The notes beneath the pieces are model-generated. The model saw only the letters and a program-made list of their open reading frames with translations. It made no database searches and was not told where the DNA came from. The translations under genes and the position numbers were made by a program. Positions 33,808-47,102 of a stretch of DNA of 64,000 bases are shown here, piece by piece (within the stretch, counting starts at the first letter, position 1; the number at the start of each line of letters is the position of its first letter). Source of the stretch: Escherichia coli (lineage in GTDB: Bacteria; Pseudomonadota; Gammaproteobacteria; Enterobacterales; Enterobacteriaceae); NCBI RefSeq assembly GCF_017348835.2, contig NZ_CP071375.1; one strand, 5' to 3'.

Positions 33808-34875
33808 TTAACTGAACTTACTCTGCGCCCACATCACGCCGCTGGCATATTCTGGCGGCAGCAGCGGGATTAAGGCTTCCAGCGTCGCGGTCAGACGCGA
33901 TGTGTCGCTGTCGGTTAAATTCAGATGCCCCACTTTACGCCCCGGACGGACTTCTTTGTCGTACCAGTGCAGATGCACCAGCGGCAATTTCAGCCAGTCA
34001 TAATTCACATCGCTACCAATCAGGTTGATCATCACCGACGGACTATTCACTATCGGTTGCGGTAACGGCAGATCGGTAATCGCCCGCAGATGCAGCTCAA
34101 ACTGGCTGATGCTGGCACCGTTTTGTGTCCAGTGACCGCTGTTATGCACACGCGGTGCCAGTTCGTTGATCAACAGACCTTGCGGGGTGACAAAACACTC
34201 CATTGCCATCACGCCTACATAGCCCAGCTCCTGCATAATCGCCGAAAGCATCTCTTCGGCTTGCGCTTGCTGCTGCGCATTGGCCTGCGGGAAAGCGACG
34301 CTGGTGCGCAAAATACCGTCCTGATGCAGGTTATGCGTCAGCGGATAAAACACGGTGCTGCCATCAAAGCCGCGCGCGCCAACCAGCGACACTTCACCAG
34401 AGAAGTTTATGCCCTGCTCGACAATACATTCGCCGTAGCATTCAGCCGGTAACTGCTCGGTTTCATCGGCGCGTAAACGCCATTGACCGCGTCCGTCATA
34501 GCCACCAGTGCGACGCTTAACAATCGCCAGCTCACCTAAACGATCAAACACCGCAGGCCACTCGTTGCGTCCGGCAAGTAACTGCCACGGTGCAGTCGGC
34601 AGGTGGAGCTTATCGAAAAGCTGCTTCTGAGTCAGACGGTCAGCAATAATCGGGAACACATCGCGGTTCACAAAGGCCGGATGGCGCGCCAGCTCGCGGG
34701 TTAATGCGGTTTCCGGCCAGCGTTCTATCTCAGCGGTAATCACGCTTTGTTGAAAAGGCACCGCCGCCGGTTCAGCGTCCAGCCCGACTGGCCAGACAGC
34801 AATGCCTAACGGTTCGCCTGCCTGACGCAGCATACGGCCTAACTGCCCGTTACCGAGGACGCAAACCTGTTTCAT
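33808..34875 (-). CDS. purK: N5-carboxyaminoimidazole ribonucleotide synthase
   Basis: 355 aa ATP-grasp. Confidence 0.92.
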   Translation of the reverse strand: MKQVCVLGNGQLGRMLRQAGEPLGIAVWPVGLDAEPAAVPFQQSVITAEIERWPETALTRELARHPAFVNRDVFPIIADRLTQKQLFDKLHLPTAPWQLLAGRNEWPAVFDRLGELAIVKRRTGGYDGRGQWRLRADETEQLPAECYGECIVEQGINFSGEVSLVGARGFDGSTVFYPLTHNLHQDGILRTSVAFPQANAQQQAQAEEMLSAIMQELGYVGVMAMECFVTPQGLLINELAPRVHNSGHWTQNGASISQFELHLRAITDLPLPQPIVNSPSVMINLIGSDVNYDWLKLPLVHLHWYDKEVRPGRKVGHLNLTDSDTSRLTATLEALIPLLPPEYASGVMWAQSKFS

Positions 34876-35381
34876 GCCGCACCTCGCGGGTCCGGGTTTT
34901 CCAGCACTTCGTCGGTCTGGGCTTTGCGCCAGTCATTCAGACGCTGGTGCAGCTCTTTATCATGAGTCGCAAGAATTTGTGCTGCCAGTAACGCCGCGTT
35001 TGCCGCGCCAGCTTTACCAATCGCCAGCGTACCCACCGGAATGCCGCGCGGCATTTGTACGATGGAGTAGAGGCTATCGATACCGCTCAGTGCGGCGCTC
35101 TGTACTGGCACGCCCAGCACTGGCACCAGCGTTTTGGCGGCAATCATACCCGGCAGGTGCGCTGCGCCGCCTGCGCCCGCAATAATCACCTGATAACCGT
35201 TCTCTTCGGCGCTTTCGGCGAAGCTGAACAGTTTATCGGGGGTGCGGTGAGCAGAAACCACTTCAACGTGGTGCGGGACATTCAGGATTTCGAAGATTTC
35301 GGCGGCGAACTGCATGGTAGCCCAGTCGCTTTTGGACCCCATCACGATGGCGACACGCGCCGGATTATTGCGGGAAGACAT
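34872..35381 (-). CDS. purE: N5-carboxyaminoimidazole ribonucleotide mutase
   Basis: 169 aa from [19 protein letters not shown]; overlaps purK start. Confidence 0.92.
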   Translation of the reverse strand: MSSRNNPARVAIVMGSKSDWATMQFAAEIFEILNVPHHVEVVSAHRTPDKLFSFAESAEENGYQVIIAGAGGAAHLPGMIAAKTLVPVLGVPVQSAALSGIDSLYSIVQMPRGIPVGTLAIGKAGAANAALLAAQILATHDKELHQRLNDWRKAQTDEVLENPDPRGAA

Positions 35382-35498
35382 GCGTCTTAAAACTCCTGTG
35401 GTGCACAACTCTCGGCTTTAGAGGGCACAGAGAATAGCACGGAAAGAGAGCAAGGAAAACGGTTGCGTGGCTGTGAAATCAGCAAAGTTGTGGGTTTT

Positions 35499-36221
35499 TT
35501 AAAACGGAAAATGAATCAGCTCAACGTCATCCGCCGTGACTTTCACCATCGAACCTTCCGTATGCCAGGCACCCAGTACCACGCGTAAAGCAGGTTGCTG
35601 GTTGGCGATAAGTTCATGTACCGCCGGGCGATGGGTATGCCCGTGAATCAGCCATTGCACCTGATGTTTTTCCATCGCACTGACCACCGCGTTTTGGTTA
35701 ACGTCCATGATCGCCAGCGATTTACTGCTGTTGGCTTCTTTACTGTTCGCGCGCATTCGCGCGGCAATGCGTTTGCGCACAAACAACGGCAGAGCGAGGA
35801 ATAGCGTTTGCAGCCAGGGTTTGTGGACTTTGGCGCGAAAAGCCTGATAACCCGCGTCATCGGTGCACAGCGTGTCGCCATGCATAATCAACACCCGACG
35901 ACCATAAAGTTCGAGCACCTTTTCTTCCGGCAATAACGTCATGCCGCTTTCACGGGCAAAGCGTTTGCCGAGCAGAAAATCACGGTTGCCATGAATGAAA
36001 TAACAGGGAACGCCGGAATCGGACACCGCTTTGATCGCTGCCGCCATCTGGCGATGGAGTGGGTTGGGATCGTCGTCGCCAATCCACGCTTCAAACAGAT
36101 CGCCAAGAATATACAGCGCGTCGGCATTGCGGGCTTCCCCCGCTAAAAAACGCAGAAAACCGGCGGTGATCGCCGGTTCTTCCACGCAGAGATGAAGATC
36201 TGCAATAAAGAGTGTCGCCAC
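35499..36221 (-). CDS. lpxH: UDP-2,3-diacylglucosamine hydrolase
   Basis: 240 aa calcineurin-like phosphoesterase (DLHL, GNRD motifs). Confidence 0.92.
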   Translation of the reverse strand: MATLFIADLHLCVEEPAITAGFLRFLAGEARNADALYILGDLFEAWIGDDDPNPLHRQMAAAIKAVSDSGVPCYFIHGNRDFLLGKRFARESGMTLLPEEKVLELYGRRVLIMHGDTLCTDDAGYQAFRAKVHKPWLQTLFLALPLFVRKRIAARMRANSKEANSSKSLAIMDVNQNAVVSAMEKHQVQWLIHGHTHRPAVHELIANQQPALRVVLGAWHTEGSMVKVTADDVELIHFPF

Positions 36222-36223
36222 GA

Positions 36224-36718
36224 TTACTCGCTAACGGTCACGCTTTCAATGATAACGTCTTCTTTTGGCACGTCCTGGTGCATACCGCTACGACCGGTTG
36301 CAACACCTTTGATTTTGTCTACCACGTCCATGCCTTCAACCACTTCAGCAAACACGCAGTAGCCCCAACCTTGCAGGCTTTCGCCAGAGAAGTTCAGGAA
36401 GTCGTTATCAACCACGTTGATGAAGAACTGTGCAGTTGCAGAGTGCGGAGCCTGAGTACGGGCCATTGCCAGCGTACCACGGGTATTTTTCAGGCCGTTG
36501 TTGGCTTCGTTTTTGATCGGTTCTTTGGTGGCTTTTTGTTTCATGCCCGGTTCAAAACCGCCGCCCTGAATCATAAAGCCGTTGATAACACGGTGGAAAA
36601 TGGTGTTGTTGTAAAAACCTTCGCGGCAGTAGTCCAGGAAGTTTTTAACTGTTTCAGGTGCTTTATCGTCAAAAGTTTTGATGACAATATCGCCGTGATT
36701 GGTGTGGAAAGTAACCAT
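36224..36718 (-). CDS. ppiB: peptidyl-prolyl cis-trans isomerase B
   Basis: 164 aa cyclophilin. Confidence 0.93.
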   Translation of the reverse strand: MVTFHTNHGDIVIKTFDDKAPETVKNFLDYCREGFYNNTIFHRVINGFMIQGGGFEPGMKQKATKEPIKNEANNGLKNTRGTLAMARTQAPHSATAQFFINVVDNDFLNFSGESLQGWGYCVFAEVVEGMDVVDKIKGVATGRSGMHQDVPKEDVIIESVTVSE

Positions 36719-36891
36719 TTTTGCATCCTGTTCCGTTTGATTGGTGCTTCAACCCGGTTCGGGTCATATATAGGGTGGTGTTATAGCATAACCGCACGAT
36801 CGGATCATCACGCAATGTATGCTGATTCGCGCGGGAAATATGGGTATTATACGCAACTCAATTACCCACACATGTCTAAACGGAATCTTCG

Positions 36892-38277
36892 ATGCTAAAA
36901 ATCTTCAATACTCTGACACGCCAAAAAGAGGAATTTAAGCCTATTCACGCCGGGGAAGTCGGCATGTACGTGTGTGGAATCACCGTTTACGATCTCTGTC
37001 ATATCGGTCACGGGCGTACCTTTGTTGCTTTTGACGTGGTTGCGCGCTATCTGCGTTTCCTCGGCTATAAACTGAAGTATGTGCGCAACATTACCGATAT
37101 CGACGACAAAATCATCAAACGCGCCAATGAAAATGGCGAAAGCTTTGTGGCGCTGGTGGATCGCATGATCGCCGAAATGCACAAAGATTTTGATGCTTTG
37201 AACATTTTGCGCCCGGATATGGAGCCGCGCGCGACGCACCATATCGCAGAAATTATTGAACTCACTGAACAACTGATCGCCAAAGGTCACGCTTATGTGG
37301 CGGACAACGGCGACGTGATGTTCGACGTCCCGACCGATCCGACTTATGGCGTGCTGTCGCGCCAGGATCTCGACCAGCTGCAGGCAGGCGCGCGCGTTGA
37401 CGTGGTCGATGACAAACGCAACCCGATGGACTTCGTTCTGTGGAAGATGTCGAAAGAGGGCGAACCGAGCTGGCCGTCTCCGTGGGGCGCGGGCCGTCCT
37501 GGCTGGCACATTGAATGTTCGGCAATGAACTGCAAGCAGCTGGGTAACCACTTTGATATCCACGGCGGCGGTTCTGACCTGATGTTCCCACACCACGAAA
37601 ACGAAATCGCTCAGTCCACCTGTGCCCATGATGGTCAGTATGTGAACTACTGGATGCACTCCGGGATGGTGATGGTTGATCGCGAGAAGATGTCCAAATC
37701 GCTGGGTAACTTCTTCACCGTGCGTGATGTGCTGAAATACTACGACGCGGAAACCGTGCGTTACTTCCTGATGTCGGGACACTATCGCAGCCAGCTGAAC
37801 TACAGCGAAGAGAACCTGAAGCAGGCGCGTGCGGCGCTGGAGCGTCTCTACACTGCCCTGCGCGGCACAGACAAAACCGTTGCGCCTGCCGGTGGCGAAG
37901 CGTTTGAAGCGCGCTTTATTGAAGCGATGGACGACGATTTCAACACCCCGGAAGCCTATTCCGTACTGTTTGATATGGCGCGTGAAGTAAACCGTCTGAA
38001 AGCAGAAGATATGGCAGCGGCGAATGCAATGGCATCTCACCTGCGTAAACTTTCCGCTGTACTGGGCCTGCTGGAGCAAGAGCCGGAAGCGTTCCTGCAA
38101 AGCGGTGCGCAGGCAGACGACAGCGAAGTGGCTGAGATTGAAGCGTTAATTCAACAGCGTCTGGATGCCCGTAAAGCGAAAGACTGGGCGGCGGCAGATG
38201 CGGCGCGTGACCGTCTTAACGAGATGGGGATCGTGCTGGAAGATGGCCCGCAAGGGACCACCTGGCGTCGTAAGTAA
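36892..38277 (+). CDS. cysS: cysteine--tRNA ligase
   Basis: 461 aa; class I HIGH (CHIGHGR) and KMSKS motifs. Confidence 0.95.
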
Positions 38278-38288
38278 TTGCGCTGTTG

Positions 38289-38313
38289 CCGGATGCGAGT
38301 TTTCGCATCCGGT
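38289..38313. terminator. hairpin between convergent cysS and ybcI
   Basis: ccggatgcg agtttt cgcatccgg. Confidence 0.5.
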
Positions 38314-38834
38314 TATCGCCTGCGCCACCACAATATTCCCATCAGCACCATCCCCGGCAACCACACCCACATCAATTCAGAAATAATCACCTGATGCCCG
38401 TACGGCGTGCTGTAACGAGACAATGCAAACGGCGCGACTTTGATCACCTGCCAGGGAGCGAAAAAGCGTTCATCTGACCACGGCCACAGCCAGCCAACGC
38501 CTTTACCGCCAGTGGTTACCGAATCCAGCAAGCTGTGCGATAGCAACGAGACGGTTAAAAACAGCCAGCAGCGAATCAGCCCAGCCCTGAACCATCGACG
38601 TCCAATCAGCACACATAACAGCGGGACAACAAACGCAAACACCAGCGAATGGGTAAACCCGCGATGACCAAAAACATTGCCGTAAGCAACGCCAAATTTA
38701 AACGACAATACGTCGGCATCGGGCAGCATCGCCAGGACGATTCCGGCAAATAACAGACGCGGCGGGATGATTATCGAACCCAACCCTAAACCAATGCATA
38801 GGGGAACGGCGGCGTGCGTAATAACGGTTGGCAT
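38313..38834 (-). CDS. ybcI: inner membrane protein YbcI
   Basis: 173 aa polytopic membrane protein; synteny. Confidence 0.85.
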   Translation of the reverse strand: MPTVITHAAVPLCIGLGLGSIIIPPRLLFAGIVLAMLPDADVLSFKFGVAYGNVFGHRGFTHSLVFAFVVPLLCVLIGRRWFRAGLIRCWLFLTVSLLSHSLLDSVTTGGKGVGWLWPWSDERFFAPWQVIKVAPFALSRYSTPYGHQVIISELMWVWLPGMVLMGILWWRRR

Positions 38835-38941
38835 GATGGTCGCTTCGGCAAAATGTCGATGCTATCAGCATGGCTGAATGGGGCGTAGAGGGCAAAAGTC
38901 TGAAAAGAGAACCGGCCTGTTGATACAGGCCGGGAAAGGGA

Positions 38942-39154
38942 TCAGGCAACAACCTGTACGCTGTGACCTGCAAAACTCACTGTCTGCCCGGCGACGATTT
39001 TGCAGCGTTTGCGCGTTTCAACCGCACCGTCGACTTTCACCTGGCCTTCGGCAATCGCGATTTTCGCCTGCGCGCCGCTTTCGCTCCAGCCTTCCAGTTT
39101 CAGCAAGTCGCACAGCTCAACGTGCGGATGTTTACCTAAAGAAAATGTCGCCAT
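38942..39154 (-). CDS. ybcJ: S4-like RNA-binding protein YbcJ
   Basis: 70 aa from MATFSLGKHPHVEL. Confidence 0.85.
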   Translation of the reverse strand: MATFSLGKHPHVELCDLLKLEGWSESGAQAKIAIAEGQVKVDGAVETRKRCKIVAGQTVSFAGHSVQVVA

Positions 39155-39155
39155 G

Positions 39156-40022
39156 TTACTCACCCTGTGGATCATGATATTCAACGCACGCCTGAAGCGT
39201 GTTTTCAATCAGCGTGGCAACCGTCATCGGGCCAACGCCGCCCGGAACAGGCGTAATGTATGAGGCGCGTTTAGCCGCGTCTTCAAACACGACGTCGCCC
39301 ACAACTTTGCCATTTTCCAGACGGTTGATGCCGACATCAATCACAATTGCGCCTTCTTTGATCCAGTCACCAGGAATAAAGCCCGGCTTGCCGACGGCAA
39401 CGATCAGTAGATCGGCATTTTCTACGTGGTGACGCAGATTTTTAGTGAAGCGGTGAGTCACGGTAGTGGTGCAACCTGCGAGCAACAGTTCCATGCTCAT
39501 TGGACGACCGACGATATTCGATGCGCCAATCACCACGGCGTTGAGGCCGAAGGTATCAATGTTGTAACGCTCAAGCAGCGTGACGATACCGCGAGGGGTG
39601 CAGGGGCGCAGACGCGGCGCGCGCTGGCACAGGCGACCGACGTTATAAGGATGGAAACCGTCCACGTCTTTGTCCGGGTGAATACGTTCCAGCACTTTGA
39701 CGTTATCAATACCCGCCGGTAACGGCAGTTGAACCAGAATGCCATCGATGGTGTTGTCGGCATTCAGCGCATCGATAAGCTCCAGCAGCTCCGCTTCGCT
39801 GGTGGTTTCCGGGAGGTCATAAGAGCGGGAGACGAACCCGACTTCTTCACAAGCCTTACGTTTGCTTGCGACATAAATTTGCGATGCAGGGTTACTACCC
39901 ACCAGCACAACGGCCAGTCCTGGTGCCCGCAGTCCGGCTGCAATACGCGCCTGAACTTTTTGAGCAACTTCAGAGCGCACCTGCTGCGCAATCGTTTTAC
40001 CGTCAATAATCTTTGCTGCCAT
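39156..40022 (-). CDS. folD: bifunctional methylenetetrahydrofolate dehydrogenase/cyclohydrolase
   Basis: 288 aa. Confidence 0.95.
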
Positions 40023-40492
40023 CAGAGAGAGGATTCCATCTGTTACGTAGGTCGAAGGGGATGCGCCTATTTTGTCAGAAGCGGGGCGCGCTGTCAGGTT
40101 TCGTTTCAGATTTATCGCGTGAAGCGACCTCTTGCGAAGGTGAGGCGCACTGTCGCTGAGATTGAAAGCTTCATTTTTCGTCCATGATGGCGTTGTAAAT
40201 CTGGAACTGATTTATTTCCTTGTCTAAGGATTAAGATAATTTAAGAAATACCTGACAATATAAAAAGAATTTTCAGCCTGGTAATTTACCGCTTCAGGTC
40301 TATATTTGTGTTGAATATATTTTGCGCGGAAGTATTCATCTAACGGGGCTCTCTATTTTTTAGAATAGAGTGCATATTTTCAATTAAGACATTCTTAGAG
40401 GATAAAAAGGAATTTACTACTATCAGTGTCTTAAATAAAGTAATCGGTTATATACGGATGTGGAGTCGATAAATGAGATTGAAGGAATATAT

Positions 40493-41035
40493 ATGAAATT
40501 AAGATTTATTTCGTCTGCGCTGGCTGCCGCACTATTCGCCGCTACGGGTAGTTATGCTGCCGTTGTAGATGGCGGTACAATTCACTTTGAAGGCGAACTG
40601 GTGAATGCTGCCTGTTCAGTGAATACTGACTCGGCAGACCAGGTTGTCACACTCGGTCAATATCGTACCGATATTTTCAATGCTGTTGGTAATACCTCTG
40701 CATTAATTCCATTCACTATACAGTTGAACGACTGCGATCCTGTTGTTGCCGCTAATGCTGCCGTTGCATTTTCTGGTCAGGCTGATGCAATCAATGATAA
40801 TTTATTGGCCATTGCATCCAGTACCAATACAACAACAGCAACGGGTGTCGGTATTGAAATACTTGATAATACATCCGCAATTCTCAAACCTGATGGGAAT
40901 AGCTTCTCAACCAACCAGAACTTGATCCCCGGGACCAACGTTCTTCATTTTTCTGCACGTTATAAAGGCACCGGTACAAGTGCATCAGCAGGGCAAGCAA
41001 ATGCTGACGCGACTTTTATTATTAGATATGAATAA
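40493..41035 (+). CDS. sfmA: type 1-like fimbrial major subunit
   Basis: 180 aa from [22 protein letters not shown]; fimbrial subunit with signal peptide. Confidence 0.88.
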   Translation: MKLRFISSALAAALFAATGSYAAVVDGGTIHFEGELVNAACSVNTDSADQVVTLGQYRTDIFNAVGNTSALIPFTIQLNDCDPVVAANAAVAFSGQADAINDNLLAIASSTNTTTATGVGIEILDNTSAILKPDGNSFSTNQNLIPGTNVLHFSARYKGTGTSASAGQANADATFIIRYE

Positions 41036-41254
41036 TCAAAACCACGTTGTTTTGAATTATATATCACGTCTTATAACAAAGTAATGTACCGGTTGTCTGA
41101 AGCGGTATGGTGGCAATGTAAATCGAAATCATGTTCACTTTGTATCATGCCGCTTTATTAAATGAAAAGGGAATGATGTGTTGTAAGAAACCAAAGCAAT
41201 CATTTCTTTATATTCCTTATTTTTGCCGTCAGGAATACACAAGGCGTATTAACT

Positions 41255-41947
41255 ATGATGACTAAAATAAAGTTATTGATGCTCATTATATTTTATTTAA
41301 TTATTTCGGCCAGCGCCCATGCTGCCGGAGGGATCGCATTAGGTGCCACGCGTATTATTTATCCCGCTGATGCTAAACAGACTGCGGTATGGATTAGAAA
41401 TAGCCATACCAATGAGCGCTTTCTGGTCAATTCGTGGATTGAAAACAGCAGCGGTGTAAAAGAAAAGTCATTCATCATTACACCGCCACTGTTTGTCAGT
41501 GAACCCAAAAGCGAAAATACTTTGCGTATTATTTACACCGGTCCACCGCTGGCAGCAGATCGTGAGTCTCTGTTCTGGATGAATGTTAAGACGATCCCTT
41601 CGGTAGATAAAAATGCATTGAACGGCAGGAATGTTTTGCAACTGGCGATTTTATCGCGCATGAAGTTATTTCTCCGTCCAATTCAATTACAAGAATTACC
41701 CGCAGAAGCACCGGACACACTCAAGTTTTCGCGATCCGGTAACTATATCAATGTTCATAATCCATCACCTTTTTATGTCACCCTGGTTAACTTACAAGTG
41801 GGCAGCCAAAAGTTGGGGAATGCTATGGCTGCACCCAGAGTTAATTCACAAATTCCCTTACCCTCAGGAGTGCAGGGAAAACTGAAATTTCAGACCGTTA
41901 ATGATTATGGTTCAGTAACCCCGGTCAGAGAAGTGAACTTAAACTAA
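41255..41947 (+). CDS. sfmC: fimbrial periplasmic chaperone
   Basis: 230 aa PapD-like chaperone. Confidence 0.9.
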   Translation: MMTKIKLLMLIIFYLIISASAHAAGGIALGATRIIYPADAKQTAVWIRNSHTNERFLVNSWIENSSGVKEKSFIITPPLFVSEPKSENTLRIIYTGPPLAADRESLFWMNVKTIPSVDKNALNGRNVLQLAILSRMKLFLRPIQLQELPAEAPDTLKFSRSGNYINVHNPSPFYVTLVNLQVGSQKLGNAMAAPRVNSQIPLPSGVQGKLKFQTVNDYGSVTPVREVNLN

Positions 41948-41977
41948 CCGAATCATCTGACAATATCAGAGCTAATT

Positions 41978-44587
41978 ATGAAAATACCCACTACTACGGA
42001 TATTCCGCAGAGGTATACCTGGTGTCTGGCCGGAATTTGTTATTCATCTCTTGCCATTTTACCCTCCTTTTTAAGCTATGCGGAAAGTTATTTCAACCCG
42101 GCATTTTTATTAGAGAATGGCACATCCGTTGCTGATTTATCGCGCTTTGAGAGAGGTAATCATCAACCTGCGGGCGTGTATCGGGTGGATCTCTGGCGTA
42201 ATGATGAGTTCATTGGTTCGCAGGATATCGTATTTGAATCGACAACAGAAAATACTGGTGATAAATCAGGTGGGTTAATGCCCTGTTTTAACCAGGTACT
42301 TCTTGAACGAATTGGCCTTAATAGCAGTGCATTTCCCGAGTTAGCCCAGCAGCAAAACAATAAATGCATCAATTTACTGAAAGCTGTACCTGATGCCACA
42401 ATTAACTTTGATTTTGCAGCGATGCGCCTGAACATCACTATTCCTCAGATAGCGTTGTTGAGTAGCGCTCACGGTTACATTCCGCCTGAAGAGTGGGATG
42501 AAGGTATTCCTGCTTTACTCCTGAATTATAATTTCACCGGTAACAGAGGTAATGGTAACGATAGCTATTTTTTTAGTGAGCTCAGCGGGATTAATATTGG
42601 CCCGTGGCGTTTACGCAACAATGGTTCCTGGAACTATTTTCGCGGAAATGGATATCATTCAGAACAGTGGAATAATATTGGCACCTGGGTACAGCGCGCC
42701 ATTATTCCGCTGAAAAGTGAACTGGTAATGGGAGACGGCAATACAGGAAGTGATATTTTCGATGGTGTTGGATTTCGTGGTGTACGGCTTTATTCTTCCG
42801 ATAATATGTATCCTGATAGCCAGCAAGGGTTTGCCCCAACGGTACGTGGGATTGCCCGTACGGCGGCCCAGCTAACGATTCGGCAAAATGGTTTTATTAT
42901 CTATCAAAGCTATGTTTCCCCCGGCGCTTTTGAAATTACAGATTTGCACCCGACATCTTCAAATGGCGATCTGGATGTCACCATCGACGAGCGCGATGGC
43001 AATCAGCAGAATTACACAATTCCGTATTCAACAGTGCCAATTTTACAACGCGAAGGGCGTTTCAAATTTGACCTGACGGCGGGCGATTTTCGTAGCGGTA
43101 ATAGTCAGCAATCATCGCCTTTCTTTTTTCAGGGCACGGCACTCGGCGGTTTACCACAGGAATTTACTGCCTACGGCGGGACGCAATTATCTGCCAATTA
43201 CACCGCCTTTTTATTAGGGCTGGGGCGCAATCTCGGAAACTGGGGGGCAGTATCTCTGGATGTGACCCATGCGCGCAGTCAGTTAGCCGACGACAGTCGT
43301 CATGAGGGGGATTCTATTCGCTTCCTCTATGCGAAATCGATGAACACCTTCGGCACCAATTTTCAGTTAATGGGTTACCGCTATTCGACACAAGGTTTTT
43401 ATACCCTTGATGATGTTGCGTATCGTCGAATGGAGGGGTACGAATATGATTACGATTACGACGGTGAGCATCGCGATGAACCGATAATCGTGAATTACCA
43501 CAATTTACGCTTTAGCCGTAAAGACCGTTTGCAGTTAAATATTTCACAATCACTTAATGACTTTGGCTCGCTTTATATTTCTGGTACCCATCAAAAATAC
43601 TGGAATACTTCGGATTCAGATACGTGGTATCAGGTGGGGTATACCAGCAGCTGGGTTGGCATCAGTTATTCGCTCTCATTTTCGTGGAATGAATCTGTAG
43701 GGATCCCCGATAACGAACGTATTGTCGGACTTAATGTTTCAGTGCCTTTCAATGTTCTGACCAAACGTCGCTACACCCGGGAAAATGCGCTCGACCGCGC
43801 TTATGCCTCCTTGAACGCCAACCGTAACAGCAACGGGCAAAATAGCTGGCTGGCAGGTGTAGGTGGGACCTTACTGGAAGGCCACAACCTGAGTTATCAC
43901 GTAAGCCAGGGCGATACTTCGAATAATGGGTACACGGGCAGCGCCACGGCAAACTGGCAGGCCGCTTACGGTACGCTGGGGGTCGGGTATAACTACGACC
44001 GCGAGCAACATGACGTTAACTGGCAGCTGTCTGGCGGTGTGGTCGGACATGAAAATGGCATAACGCTGAGCCAGCCTTTAGGGGATACCAATGTTTTGAT
44101 TAAAGCGCCTGGCGCAGGCGGTGTACGCATTGAAAATCAAACTGGCATTTTAACCGACTGGCGCGGCTATGCGGTGATGCCGTATGCCACGGTTTATCGG
44201 TATAACCGTATCGCGCTTGATACCAATACGATGGGGAATTCCATCGATGTTGAAAAAAATATTAGCAGCGTTGTGCCGACGCAAGGCGCGTTGGTTCGTG
44301 CCAATTTTGATACCCGCATAGGCGTGCGGGCGCTCATTACCGTTACCCAGGGCGGAAAACCGGTGCCGTTTGGATCACTGGTACGGGAAAACAGTACCGG
44401 AATAACCAGTATGGTGGGTGATGACGGGCAAGTTTATTTAAGTGGTGCGCCATTGTCTGGTGAATTACTGGTTCAGTGGGGAGACGGCGCGAACTCACGC
44501 TGCATTGCGCACTATGTATTGCCGAAGCAAAGCTTACAGCAAGCCGTCACAGTTATTTCGGCAGTTTGCACACATCCTGGCTCATAA
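41978..44587 (+). CDS. sfmD: fimbrial outer membrane usher
   Basis: 869 aa usher. Confidence 0.9.
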   Translation: MKIPTTTDIPQRYTWCLAGICYSSLAILPSFLSYAESYFNPAFLLENGTSVADLSRFERGNHQPAGVYRVDLWRNDEFIGSQDIVFESTTENTGDKSGGLMPCFNQVLLERIGLNSSAFPELAQQQNNKCINLLKAVPDATINFDFAAMRLNITIPQIALLSSAHGYIPPEEWDEGIPALLLNYNFTGNRGNGNDSYFFSELSGINIGPWRLRNNGSWNYFRGNGYHSEQWNNIGTWVQRAIIPLKSELVMGDGNTGSDIFDGVGFRGVRLYSSDNMYPDSQQGFAPTVRGIARTAAQLTIRQNGFIIYQSYVSPGAFEITDLHPTSSNGDLDVTIDERDGNQQNYTIPYSTVPILQREGRFKFDLTAGDFRSGNSQQSSPFFFQGTALGGLPQEFTAYGGTQLSANYTAFLLGLGRNLGNWGAVSLDVTHARSQLADDSRHEGDSIRFLYAKSMNTFGTNFQLMGYRYSTQGFYTLDDVAYRRMEGYEYDYDYDGEHRDEPIIVNYHNLRFSRKDRLQLNISQSLNDFGSLYISGTHQKYWNTSDSDTWYQVGYTSSWVGISYSLSFSWNESVGIPDNERIVGLNVSVPFNVLTKRRYTRENALDRAYASLNANRNSNGQNSWLAGVGGTLLEGHNLSYHVSQGDTSNNGYTGSATANWQAAYGTLGVGYNYDREQHDVNWQLSGGVVGHENGITLSQPLGDTNVLIKAPGAGGVRIENQTGILTDWRGYAVMPYATVYRYNRIALDTNTMGNSIDVEKNISSVVPTQGALVRANFDTRIGVRALITVTQGGKPVPFGSLVRENSTGITSMVGDDGQVYLSGAPLSGELLVQWGDGANSRCIAHYVLPKQSLQQAVTVISAVCTHPGS

Positions 44588-44599
44588 AGGAAATTATCA

Positions 44600-45607
44600 A
44601 TGAAGATAATCTGCAGATTATTATTGGCGATGGCATGTTTGTGTCTGGCAAACATATCCTGGGCTACTGTTTGTGCAAATAGTACTGGCGTAGCAGAAGA
44701 TGAACACTATGATCTCTCAAATGTCTTTAATAGCACCAATAACCAGCCAGGGCAGATTGTTGTTTTACCTGAAAAATCCGGCTGGGTAGGTGTATCAGCA
44801 ATTTGTCCACCCGGCACGCTGGTGAATTATACATACCGTAGTTATGTCACCAACTTTATTGTTCAGGAAACTATCGATAATTATAAATATATGCAATTAA
44901 ATGATTATCTATTAGGTGCGATGAGTCTGGTTGATAGCGTGATGGATATTCAATTCCCCCCGCAAAATTATATTCGTATGGGAACAGATCCTAACGTTTC
45001 GCAAAACCTTCCGTTCGGGGTGATGGATTCTCGTTTGATATTTCGTTTAAAGGTTATTCGGCCCTTTATTAACATGGTGGAGATCCCCAGACAGGTGATG
45101 TTTACCGTGTATGTGACATCAACGCCTTACGATCCGTTGGTTACACCTGTTTATACCATTAGTTTTGGTGGCCGGGTTGAAGTACCGCAAAACTGCGAAT
45201 TAAATGCCGGGCAGATTGTTGAATTTGATTTTGGTGATATCGGCGCATCGTTATTTAGTGCGGCAGGGCCGGGTAATCGGCCTGCTGGTGTCATGCCGCA
45301 AACCAAGAGCATTGCGGTCAAATGTACGAATGTTGCTGCGCAGGCTTATTTAACAATGCGTCTGGAAGCCAGTGCCGTTTCTGGTCAGGCGATGGTGTCG
45401 GACAATCAGGATTTAGGTTTTATTGTCGCCGATCAGAACGATACGCCGATCACGCCTAACGATCTCAATAGCGTTATTCCTTTCCGTCTGGATGCAGCTG
45501 CGGCAGCCAATGTCACACTTCGCGCCTGGACTATCAGTATTACCGGTCAAAAACCGACCGAAGGGCCGTTTAGCGCGCTGGGGTATTTACGCGTCGATTA
45601 TCAATGA
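44600..45607 (+). CDS. sfmH: fimbrial adhesin-like protein
   Basis: 335 aa; synteny after usher. Confidence 0.85.
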   Translation: MKIICRLLLAMACLCLANISWATVCANSTGVAEDEHYDLSNVFNSTNNQPGQIVVLPEKSGWVGVSAICPPGTLVNYTYRSYVTNFIVQETIDNYKYMQLNDYLLGAMSLVDSVMDIQFPPQNYIRMGTDPNVSQNLPFGVMDSRLIFRLKVIRPFINMVEIPRQVMFTVYVTSTPYDPLVTPVYTISFGGRVEVPQNCELNAGQIVEFDFGDIGASLFSAAGPGNRPAGVMPQTKSIAVKCTNVAAQAYLTMRLEASAVSGQAMVSDNQDLGFIVADQNDTPITPNDLNSVIPFRLDAAAAANVTLRAWTISITGQKPTEGPFSALGYLRVDYQ

Positions 45608-45617
45608 GGTACGGAGA

Positions 45618-46133
45618 ATGAGAAGAGTATTCTTTAGCTGTTTCTGCGGGTTACTGTGGAGTTCCAGTGGATGGGCAGTTGACCCTTTAGGAACGATTAA
45701 TATCAATTTGCACGGTAACGTTGTTGATTTCTCCTGTACCGTAAACACAGCGGATATTGATAAGACGGTAGATTTAGGCAGATGGCCTACGACACAACTA
45801 CTGACCGCTGGTGATACCACGGCACTCGTCCCTTTTAGCCTGCGGCTGGAGGGATGTCCTCCGGGTTCAGTTGCGATTTTATTTACGGGAACGCCGGCAT
45901 CTGATGCCAACCTGCTGGCTCTGGATGATCCCGCAATGGCACAAACCGTCGCCATCGAATTACGTAATAGCGATCGCTCCCGGCTCGCACTGGGGGAGGC
46001 GAGCCCGACTGAGGAAGTAGATGCAAATGGCAATGTCACACTAAACTTTTTTGCCAATTATCGAGCGTTAGCCAGCGGTGTTCGGCCAGGTGTGGCGAAA
46101 GCGGATGCGATATTTATGATCAATTATAATTAA
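45618..46133 (+). CDS. sfmF: fimbrial minor subunit
   Basis: 171 aa from MRRVFFSCF; fimbrial subunit fold. Confidence 0.85.
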   Translation: MRRVFFSCFCGLLWSSSGWAVDPLGTININLHGNVVDFSCTVNTADIDKTVDLGRWPTTQLLTAGDTTALVPFSLRLEGCPPGSVAILFTGTPASDANLLALDDPAMAQTVAIELRNSDRSRLALGEASPTEEVDANGNVTLNFFANYRALASGVRPGVAKADAIFMINYN

Positions 46134-46135
46134 TA

Positions 46136-46768
46136 TTATATTAATTCGTATAATTTGGCGTAGTCGATAAGCTCTACAATTGAATGCAAACCTAGCTTGC
46201 CATAAATATTAGATTTATGCGCACTAACTGTTTTATTGCTAAGTAATAACTTATCGGCAATTTCTTTATTAGATAATCCGCTGACCAGATAACGTAATAT
46301 CGTCACTTCACGATTAGATAGCACAGTGATCGTTGAACTATTCGTACTACATTTATTGCTTTTTATATAGTTGAGCGTTTCGCTGGGAAAAAAAGTGTAT
46401 CCGGAGAGGATCATCTGAACGGCATGAAAAATATCATTCTGATCATTGCATTTACTGACAAAACCGTTAGCACCAGCTTGTATTGCTCTGCCAGCATAAA
46501 AGCATTCTGATTTCGATGATAAAAATAACACTTTCACTGTGCTCTGGATTTGTTTGATCCTTTTCAGGAAGGTAAAACCGTCTGTTCCGGGCAAGTCTAT
46601 ATCCATAATGATTAAATCAACAGGACGGGTTCGGAGATAATCGATGGTTATGCGGTAATCATCCGTTTTCAGGACAATCTGCAATTCACTGTTTTTTTGC
46701 AACAGAACTTCAATAGACATTCTGATGATAGGATGAGTGTCCATAATGATCACCGACGTTGGTTTCAT
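46136..46768 (-). CDS. fimZ: LuxR-family response regulator FimZ
   Basis: 210 aa from MKPTSVIIMD; receiver domain plus LuxR HTH. Confidence 0.9.
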   Translation of the reverse strand: MKPTSVIIMDTHPIIRMSIEVLLQKNSELQIVLKTDDYRITIDYLRTRPVDLIIMDIDLPGTDGFTFLKRIKQIQSTVKVLFLSSKSECFYAGRAIQAGANGFVSKCNDQNDIFHAVQMILSGYTFFPSETLNYIKSNKCSTNSSTITVLSNREVTILRYLVSGLSNKEIADKLLLSNKTVSAHKSNIYGKLGLHSIVELIDYAKLYELI

Positions 46769-47010
46769 AGTTACCAGTCTCATAGGAGCGGACAATTTTC
46801 CGTTAGGGCGGTAAATTGTACTTTGATACATGAAAATACGGGTTTTCTTGATTCAGACGCGCAGCGGTGTGCATTTGTTTGCCGCTTTAGCGAAATAAAT
46901 CAGAAAATCAGACGCGGTCGTTCACTTGTTCAGCAACCAGATCAAAAGCCATTGACTCAGCAAGGGTTGACCGTATAATTCACGCGATTACACCGCATTG
47001 CGGTATCAAC

Positions 47011-47087
47011 GCGCCCTTAGCTCAGTTGGATAGAGCAACGACCTTCTAAGTCGTGGGCCGCAGGTTCGAATCCTGCAGGGCGCGCCA
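47011..47087 (+). tRNA. argU: tRNA-Arg (anticodon UCU)
   Basis: 77 nt gcgcccttagctcagttggatagagcaacgaccttctaagtcgtgggccgcaggttcgaatcctgcagggcgcgcca; cloverleaf with anticodon loop cuUCUaa. Confidence 0.95.
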
Positions 47088-47102
47088 TTACAATTCAATC
47101 AG

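Noticed and set aside
36895-38100. 401-aa minus-strand ORF
   Set aside because: Antisense shadow ORF entirely inside cysS, with biased Arg/His-rich composition; cysS on the plus strand has clear class I synthetase motifs
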